From an uncultured Candidatus Altimarinota bacterium (GTDB lineage Bacteria > Patescibacteriota > Gracilibacteria > BD1-5 > UBA6164), in contig CALLPL010000036.1 in the NCBI GenBank assembly GCA_938015455.1, forward strand, positions 9,916 to 73,915: 64,000 bases of DNA, given 5' to 3'. A model generated the notes under the pieces. The model ran no database searches and had not been told where the DNA came from. It worked only from the letters and a program-made list of their open reading frames with translations. The position numbers were made by a program, and so were the translations under genes. Each line of letters starts with the position of its first letter. Position 1 is the stretch's first letter. Positions 56,792-64,000 of the stretch are shown in pieces.

Positions 56792-57721
56792 ATGAAAGTT
56801 ACTGAGAGAAAACATTTACATAATGATTCGTTATTTAATTTCTGCAAAAATTTATATGAATGATTAATACATAATTATCATAGTAAAAGTAAACAGACTA
56901 AGATTATAAAATTAGATGGACAGCTCAAGAAAAATACTACTAAGGGATTTCAGAAGCTCTCCAGTAACATGATATGTGAAATTCAAAAAGAAATAAAACA
57001 GTTTTCAAGACAAGTAATTAGGCATGATTTCATCTCAAAAAGATGTTCTCAAGCAACAATATTATTCTGATATATAAGTTTAGAGCATATAATATATTTT
57101 ATATGTAATGAATTATATGTAAAAAAGGATCCTACTTTTCTAAGTAAACAAGATACCGCAAACCGTAAAGATTTCTTCTGGTGTATTGAATCAGGAATTC
57201 TCAAAATTAAATCAGTAGAAAGAGCAATTGATTTCTTAATTAGTAAAATAGAATGTACTCAGTGTGATAAATTTATAGAAGATAAAAACTTAAAAAATAT
57301 AGCAGAACACATCAAGTTAATTCGACATTTATTAAACCACTGATACTACGAGAAGCTTTCTTCAAATAATGATAAAATAGAGTGTAGTAAAAAAGGGAAA
57401 TTTGCAGAAATAATCGAACAATTCGAGAATAATAAACTATTTCTTTGCCACCATAAAGAAAAATGACCTAATCACATATGTATATGAATGTGAAGAATAT
57501 TATGATTACATTTAATGGGGATTCTACAGGTATTGGTTGATCACTATGATGTAGATATTAGTATCCCTATATATCTAAAAAACACCAATATCCTATTAAC
57601 AAATAGAGAGGCAGAAACTTGAATTATTTATGACAAGATAATATCTGAAAAATTTGATCAATGAATATTAGATGATATTATTTTAGAAATTTACCCTAAA
57701 ATATATTTATGAAACTCCTAA
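56792..57721 (+). CDS. Hypothetical Cys-rich protein (309 aa), very AT-rich
   Basis: ATG 56792, TAA 57719. CTQCDKF, ECSKKG, LCHHKEKGPNHIC. No family recognised. Confidence 0.45.
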
Positions 57722-58233
57722 AAACAATAACACATCCTGACTTCCCTACCCCAGGAATCGAAACTGTGACCCGGGAGGCTGCGAGGATAGTTTTGGTGGA
57801 TGAGGATGGACTGTGTCCTATTCTCTATGTGGGTAAGTTTGATGCTTGCTTGATTCCTGGTTGAGGAATAGATGAGTGAGAGGATATCCGGGTAGCTGTA
57901 GTTCGTGAAGCGAGAGAAGAAACGGGATGTGAGATAGAGATACTCTGAGAAGTAGGAAAAACTGTGGAATATCGTGATGCAAAATGATATACGAAATGAG
58001 TAAATCTGAAACAAACATCATATTGTTTCTACGGGAAAATCATATCAAAATGAACTCCAGCGTTTACGCAGAATGAAATAGAGAAGTGATTTGAGCTGAG
58101 GTGGATTCCTATAGGTGAAGTACTGGGAGCTATGTCTGCATGTAAACCTATTGCTCTCAAAGCTCAGTTGGTGAAGGAGAGAGATAGTTTTCTTTTTGAG
58201 GAGGGATGTAAACTCCTAAAGGCCTACTTATAG
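57709..58233 (+). CDS. Nudix hydrolase
   Basis: Nudix box GGGIDEGEDIRVAVVREAREETG. 174 aa. Overlaps the upstream gene by 13 nt. Confidence 0.78.
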
Positions 58234-58481
58234 ATGTCTCTCCTGTACCCTACTTTCAATATCTCTACCGTAGTTTCATCATGATATCTCACGAGCATTC
58301 GAATACTTCATACTCTGAGTCTATGCGTCGCTGGTAAAAGATTTTGAACTATTTTTATGTTGTTCTCAAACGTTTCTGACTCCTTAAAAAACTGTAATTT
58401 TTGAATACAGTTTTTTTGATCTCTGGGACTCAGTTTCTTAAAGTATTTTTCTCAAATCTTTGAGAATACAAATTTTCTCAT
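58224..58481 (-). CDS. RelE/ParE-family toxin
   Basis: HRLRVGSIRMLVRYHDETTVEILKVGYRRDIYK is the RelE/ParE C-terminal signature. 85 aa. Its ATG shares a base with the antitoxin TAA (TAATG). Confidence 0.7.
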
Positions 58482-58732
58482 TATATAACAAGATCAGACA
58501 ATCCACTATTAGCTGATTCTTGCATTTGCTTTTGAAGTTTTTCGCGATTTAAATCCATTTCTATGTCTTCCATGAGATCATCAAAATAATAGCTGTCTTT
58601 CAGCTTTTGATATAAATCTCCTCCTACGATCATCCCTATATCCTTATTATTATGTAGAACCGTTGCGTAGTTAATGCCTTGAAAGGCTTTACTCCCCTTT
58701 CTCGCTAAGTCTGTTGTTGAGGTAAAATCCAT
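58481..58732 (-). CDS. Antitoxin (Phd/YefM or RelB-like), 83 aa
   Basis: MDFTSTTDLARKGSKAFQ..ATVLHNNKDIGMIVG..YQKL. Position and size fit an antitoxin. A longer start at 58795 is possible. Confidence 0.55.
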   Translation of the reverse strand: MDFTSTTDLARKGSKAFQGINYATVLHNNKDIGMIVGGDLYQKLKDSYYFDDLMEDIEMDLNREKLQKQMQESANSGLSDLVI

Positions 58733-58804
58733 AGTATCTGTATTATATTTATAAAATTCTTGTATAATTATACGATTTTTATACAAAAATAGCAAATATT
58801 TTAC

Positions 58805-59488
58805 CTAAAACCCAATACTTCTAGCAGCTGAAACAAAGGTTTTTACGTCAAAATCAAGAGTGTTAAGTATAGCTTCTTGAATCTCAAGGGCCCTCTGTTC
58901 TATCTCTTTATCTGTATTGCTTCCGTCATCATTAAATTTAAATGCTTGTATACTAAACATGAGTTGTAATTCTTCATCTGGAAGATATACAAGCACTACC
59001 CTCGATAACATATTTGATGAATTATGCTGTCTGATATCTGGTGTTTTCTTATATATCACTTGATATTCTCCGTTATCTCTCACTAAGTATCACTCTGGAA
59101 TCTCTTCTATTTTCCTTGATCTCACTTTTATTTTTGTTTGAGTATGTCCCTCTCCATCTGGTGGGAGGATTCACCATAGTTCAATATGTGCTGATTTTTC
59201 ATAATCTTCATAAGCTGTACCATCTTCAATAAGATAAAAGAAATGTCAGGGATAATTAAATTCATAACCATAAAGAGTATTTTTATATCCTTCTTCTGTT
59301 ACAGTACCATAGTAATGATTTAATTTTTCTAGGATCTCTTCAAATTCGGGAGTAATCTCTGTCGGTTTTATAGTTTCTTCAGCAGATATATCTGAATTAG
59401 AATCTTTACGCATCTCTTCTTGCAACCCTCAAGTACAAGAGCTCAGTAGAAAAAAAGCAAACAGAATAAGTATGGCCGTATATGACAT
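58805..59488 (-). CDS. Lipoprotein (227 aa)
   Basis: MSYTAILILFAFFLLSSC: signal peptide with a lipobox Cys. Confidence 0.55.
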
Positions 59489-59504
59489 AAGTGTAGATTA
59501 AAGA

Positions 59505-60881
59505 TTATATAAAACTCGTTATTCCTATCACCACAAGTCCTACTACTATTGAAAACATAAAGCTTCCCATAACCTTTTTTCCAAAGGTCTTGTCTCCAAA
59601 CCTCCAGGCAATCGATCCCTTTACGAAGTTATTGGACATCACGGCTAGGAGGACAGTGCTTGCTGCAACGGAGAATGTTATGAGTCAACGGTCTGCGTCT
59701 ACAGCCATAGTTTGAGTAACAGCATCAACATCCGCGAGTCCTGAGATGATTCCGAGAGCTGAATAGAAAAGACCCTCTCCCCAGATATCTTTGTAGATAA
59801 TCCCGACTCAAGAGATAAATTTTATAATGACGATAATTCCAGCAAACTGCAGCGCCGGGACAATACGAAATGGACTACGAACATTGTTCTCAACTGTTGC
59901 TTGTTTCTTCGCATTTTCCTTGGTTGATCTCCAGTAAAAGTATCCTGTTGCAAGAAGGAAAGCAAGAAACATTGCTCATCCAGGAAGAATGATTGCTCAC
60001 AGGAGTGAAGCAGAGAAGACTCCTACTATCGCAAATACTCTCAGGAACATGATACATGAAGCAAGAAGTGTTCCTACAACATAAGAGTTACTATTTTCTG
60101 GATCTTCTTTAGATTTTTGTGTCATGCTCGCGGTTGTCGCTGTTGAAGATACGAGTCAACCAAGTATAGATGAGAGCATAATTGAGGAGTTTTTTTCTAC
60201 AAACTTTGTGAGAATATACCCAAAATAAGAGACTCCTGACATCACTACAACAAAGAACCAAATAGAGTAGGGATTAAAAAACGCAAAACTAGTCAGTGGA
60301 TGATCTACTCAACTTCCCGAGATAAAACTCATGATATCAGAGAGTGAAAAACGCTGATTTGGGAGGAGTGGAAGTATCACAAAGGCTATAGCTCAAAACT
60401 TGAGCGTTGTTCGAAGCTCGTCCTTACTCACGAGCTTCCCTACTCCCTCGAGCAGGTCTTTTGAAGAGATAAAGAAGGTCAACATAATCGCAAAGATAAT
60501 GGCAATTTGCGAGTAGCCGAGGAATACCATGACTCCTACAAAGTAGGTCAGAAATGCCACAAACTCAGTTGCTGGAGAGATAGCTTTTTCCTTGAATACA
60601 CTATAGATATAGTAGGTAGATATGAGGATCGTCGTGATCATGAGACCCGCAAGAATAAATACATATTCTGTTTGCAAATAGCTATCAAACCAGGTCATCA
60701 GTGATCCAAATATCGCGATAAGTGCAAAGCTCCTGATAGATCAAAACTGCGCGTCTGAGCGAGTCTTAGAGAGCAAGCTCCGCTTATGCTTTACGATATC
60801 TTTGTCTATTCAAATCAAAGCTCAGAGGACTCCTGAGAGCAAGAAACCAAGAAAGATATTTTGGAGAGTTGAGATGTCCAT
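59505..60881 (-). CDS. MgtC/SapB-like plus DUF4010 membrane protein (458 aa)
   Basis: LGALIGIDKD...FGSIRSFALIAIFGSL. Many TM segments. Frame scanned and stop-free down to TAA 59505. Confidence 0.55.
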
Positions 60882-60965
60882 TGTTTTGTAAAAAGAAAAA
60901 TATTTTGAGTAGTATAAGTATTTTCGAGTAAGAAAAAAGGATCACTATCTTGCAGAACTTTCCTT

Positions 60966-62555
60966 TTATAGTTTAGAGAGAAATTTTTCTTTCAGTTCTT
61001 GTATTTTTTCAATATCTATTTTTTCGAGATTTTTTACTACGAATTGTTGTCGTCATTTTTCAAAGGTTTCTTTGTTATCTGATACGAAGTTCCAGTAGAG
61101 ATAGTTGTAGGGACATGCATTGTCTGTGTATTTTTCTTTTGGATTATATTTGCAAGACTTGCAATAGTCTGACATCTTGTTTATGTAATTTGCGGAAGCA
61201 ACGTAGGGTTTTGTTGCGAGTTTTCCTCCGTCTGCAAATTGGCTCATTCATAATACATTTGGAGTGACTACCCACTCAAAGGCATCGGTATAATATTCAA
61301 AAAACCAATGATTAAGTTCATGAGGATCGAGATTTGTGAGGAGTGCAAAGTTTCAGATAATCATGAGTCTCTGGATATGATGGCTCATATTTTCTGATTG
61401 AACTTGTTTGAGAGTAGTTGAGAGACAATTCATATCAGAATTTTCTGCATTCTTCCAGAAATACTCTGGGAGAGGATTTGTGTGTCCTAGAAAATTTTCT
61501 CAGTAAATATCATCTTTATAGCATTGAAAGAAGTGATACATATATTCTCTCCATCCGAGAACCTGCCGAATAAATCATTCTTTATTATTCATCGCTGTAT
61601 CTGTTTCTTCTACAGCTTTTGCAACTTCTCGAGGAGACAAGAGTCCGTAATTAATAGAACTTGAGAGCAGACTATGATGCACATAGGCATCGTCCTGATA
61701 CATCGCATCTTCCAGTCTCCCAAAATTATCTAAATGATTCTCGAGAAAGTAGTCTAGGAGTTTTAGAGCTTCTTGTCTATTTGTTGGGTATATAAAAACT
61801 CTTCTCGATTCCCCTCACAAAACCTCACTCTTGAATTCTCTCTCCTTAGAGGAGAGAGAGGCTACTTTCTGAGTTTCATTTGTAGATTGTCCCCTCTCCT
61901 TGAGGAGAGGGTTAGGGTGAGGTTTTTTATAATACTCCTCAGCTTCTTTCCAATACTCATTTTTCTCAAGTTCAAAACTCCAGCTTCACTCATGTTTTCG
62001 GTCAAACTTTCTATTTTCTTTATCATAATTCCATTCTCATCACTCGGGTTTTCCTTCCTTCGTCATGAGGATATCCTCTCTCTTCCTCATGAATCTATAA
62101 AAATATTCCATGATGGGAGGCTTTGTATATTGCTTTTTGAAATCATCGTGAGAGAGAAAAAAACTTTCTGTATCTTCTGTAAAAGTTAGAGTAATATTTT
62201 CTTGCTTCAGTCTCTGCTGAATTTTCTGAAAATTTTGAAAGACATAATTTTCTACTGGTTTCACAATAACAAATTCTGAAACACCATGCTGTTTTGCATA
62301 TTTTTGTATTCCAGAAATAAAGCTCTTTTCTATATAAAACTCAGCTATCTTTCAATGATCTTTCAAAGCATCTATAATCTGCTTTCCACCTGCGTAGTCT
62401 ATTATTTTACTGTGAGTATTGAGATTCAACTCTCTTCCCTGAAAAAGTATCTTTCATATATTGTGAATATATAAAAAGTGAGTATAGTCTGTATATAAAT
62501 ACTCTTCTCTGAGTTGATTATATAAGATTATTTGGCATATCGTCGTATCCTGCAT
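60966..62555 (-). CDS. Photolyase-related protein (DPRP / FeS-BCP-like), 529 aa
   Basis: ILYNQL N-terminal domain, FGRLEDAMY, HHIQRLMIIGNF, YINKMSDYCKSCKYNPKEKYTDNACPYNYLYWNF (CxxC-x12-C). Frame scanned. Start uncertain (ATG 62555 or internal). Confidence 0.7.
61821..61863 (-). repeat. Second copy of the 43-nt palindromic element, in frame (ASLSSKEREFKSEV)
   Basis: 43/43 identical to 1666..1708, in the same orientation relative to its host gene. Confidence 0.85.
61889..61922 (-). repeat. Adjacent GC-rich hairpin unit, in frame (PHPNPLLKERGQ)
   Basis: gtcccctctccttgaggagagggttagggtgagg. Stem ccctctcc/ggagaggg. Confidence 0.65.
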
Positions 62556-64000
62556 GAAAGAAAAAATTAATATTGTTTGGTGTAAAAAGAATTTGAGAAT
62601 ACATGATAATCAGATTCTTACAACTTTAGATCCAGAAGTTCCGACTCTTGGGGTTTATTTTTTCGAGCCAAAGATTATGAGTCTTCCTGATTATTCTGAC
62701 TTTCATTTACAGTTTATTTATGAAAGTCTCCTTCTGCTACAAAGATCATTCATGAAACTCTGAATCCCTCTTTTATTGCTCCCGTATAATGCTCTAGAGT
62801 GATTTAAAAAGCTTCAAGAATATTTTGATATTTCTCATATCTATTCACATGAAGAGACGGGAAACTGGGGAACATATCAGCGTGATCTCAGAGTACTCTT
62901 CTATTGTAAGAAATCTGAAATAAAAATCACTGAGTATGGGACAAATGGAGTGGTGAGAAGACTCAAAAGTAGAGATTCTTGGAACAAGATATGGAACGAG
63001 CGAATGATGCAGAAAATTTATTATCCTGTTCAAATTCAAAAACCTGTTATAACTCCTCTCGAGCTCTGCAATATCTCAAAAAATACGAAGAATAAATATA
63101 AGGAATACTTTCTGAAAAACTGAAATAAAAATATACAAAAATGATGAGAATTTACGGGCATAAAAATATTAGAAAATTTTTTAGAGACCAAAAGCTCAAA
63201 ATATATGTACAATATTTCAAAACCATTTGAATCTCAAAGCTGGTGTTCGAGACTCTCTCCATATATCACCTACGGATGTTTATCTCTTAAAATAGTTATT
63301 CAAGCAACAGAAAACAGAAGAACTGAGCTCAGCAAACTCTGAACTGACACAGCCAAGAATCATCGAAAGTCTCTTCAGTACTTTGTATCAAGGCTCCATT
63401 GGCAATCACATTTTATTCAAAAACTTGAGGATGAACCTGAGATGGAGTTTCGAAATCTCAATAAAGACTTTGATGCAATTCGTCAGGAAATAGATGCTCA
63501 GCTGATTGAAAAAGTATTTACGAGTAGATCGGGAATCCCCTATATCGACGCGCTCATAAGACAACTTCAGCAAACTGGTTGGTGTAACTTTCGATCCAGA
63601 GCTATACTTGTGAGTTTCCTCTGTAATACCTGTATGCAGCCTTGGCAAGCTATTGCTCCGAGAATTGCGCAGCTCTTTACAGATTACGAGCCAGGAATTC
63701 ACTATCCTCAGTTTCAGATGCAAGCTGGTACTACTGGAATAAATACCATTAGGATTTATAATCCTGTGTATAACGGCAAACAAAAAGATCCTGAGTGAAG
63801 GTTTATATATACCTTTCTCCCTGAACTCAAATCTGTTCCAGTGAAATATATTCATGAACCTCATCTATGGGAAGGGTTTAAAGACTTAGGATATCCTGAA
63901 CCTCTTGTAGATATCAAATCAGCCAATAAAATTGCGAAAGATCTCCTCTGGACTACCAAGTGAAATATCCTCAAATCTGATAAAGAAAAAATAGTAAAAA
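62554..64000 (+). CDS. Cryptochrome/photolyase family protein (FAD-binding), 3' end beyond the window
   Basis: [90 protein letters not shown]. Confidence 0.8.

Noticed and set aside
1-64000. UGA = Trp (code 4, Mollicutes-like) as an alternative explanation for the in-frame TGAs
   Set aside because: TGA aligns with invariant glycines (SGGIDS, GNSGGPL, GGDGT, HxGH, GxGxxG). Conserved Trp positions use TGG.

Overview
AT-rich, very gene-dense bacterial window that only makes sense in translation table 25 (UGA = Gly). This code is known from the candidate phyla Gracilibacteria (BD1-5) and Absconditabacteria (SR1). The supplied standard-code ORF track is therefore fragmented and often antisense. 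Reading TGA as glycine gives about 75 contiguous genes, with TGA falling on invariant glycines in NadE, HtrA, Pgi, NadK, NadD and FAD-binding motifs. All coordinates come from my own hand re-translation. Every start/stop pair was checked for divisibility by 3, and the longest ORFs were scanned triplet by triplet for TAA/TAG. Contents: RNase R; a NAD salvage and utilisation operon (pncA, pncB, IMPase-like gene, nadE, nadK, nadD, Nudix) followed by an NrtR-type regulator, with a recurring 21-bp palindrome upstream; glyoxalase I/II; tRNA-Leu(CAA); radA, htrA, greA, nusG, secE; a type IV pilin-like gene and a PilB/GspE ATPase; a flippase; pgi; an ABC-2 exporter; tag; four tandem EamA/DMT transporter paralogs; pta; an MFS transporter; ribE, ribH and a reversed riboflavin kinase/FMN adenylyltransferase fusion; mutY; a RelE/ParE toxin-antitoxin pair; two photolyase-family genes. 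Most notable: (1) one 2353-codon ORF encoding a secreted repeat adhesin whose C-terminus is a sortase domain, with an LPRTG motif just upstream of that domain; (2) a family of GC-rich palindromic mini-elements translated in frame inside rnr, mutY and a photolyase-related gene, including a 43-nt copy identical in two unrelated genes. No rRNA, CRISPR array or transposase was seen. All family assignments rest on motifs recognised by eye; no database search was run.
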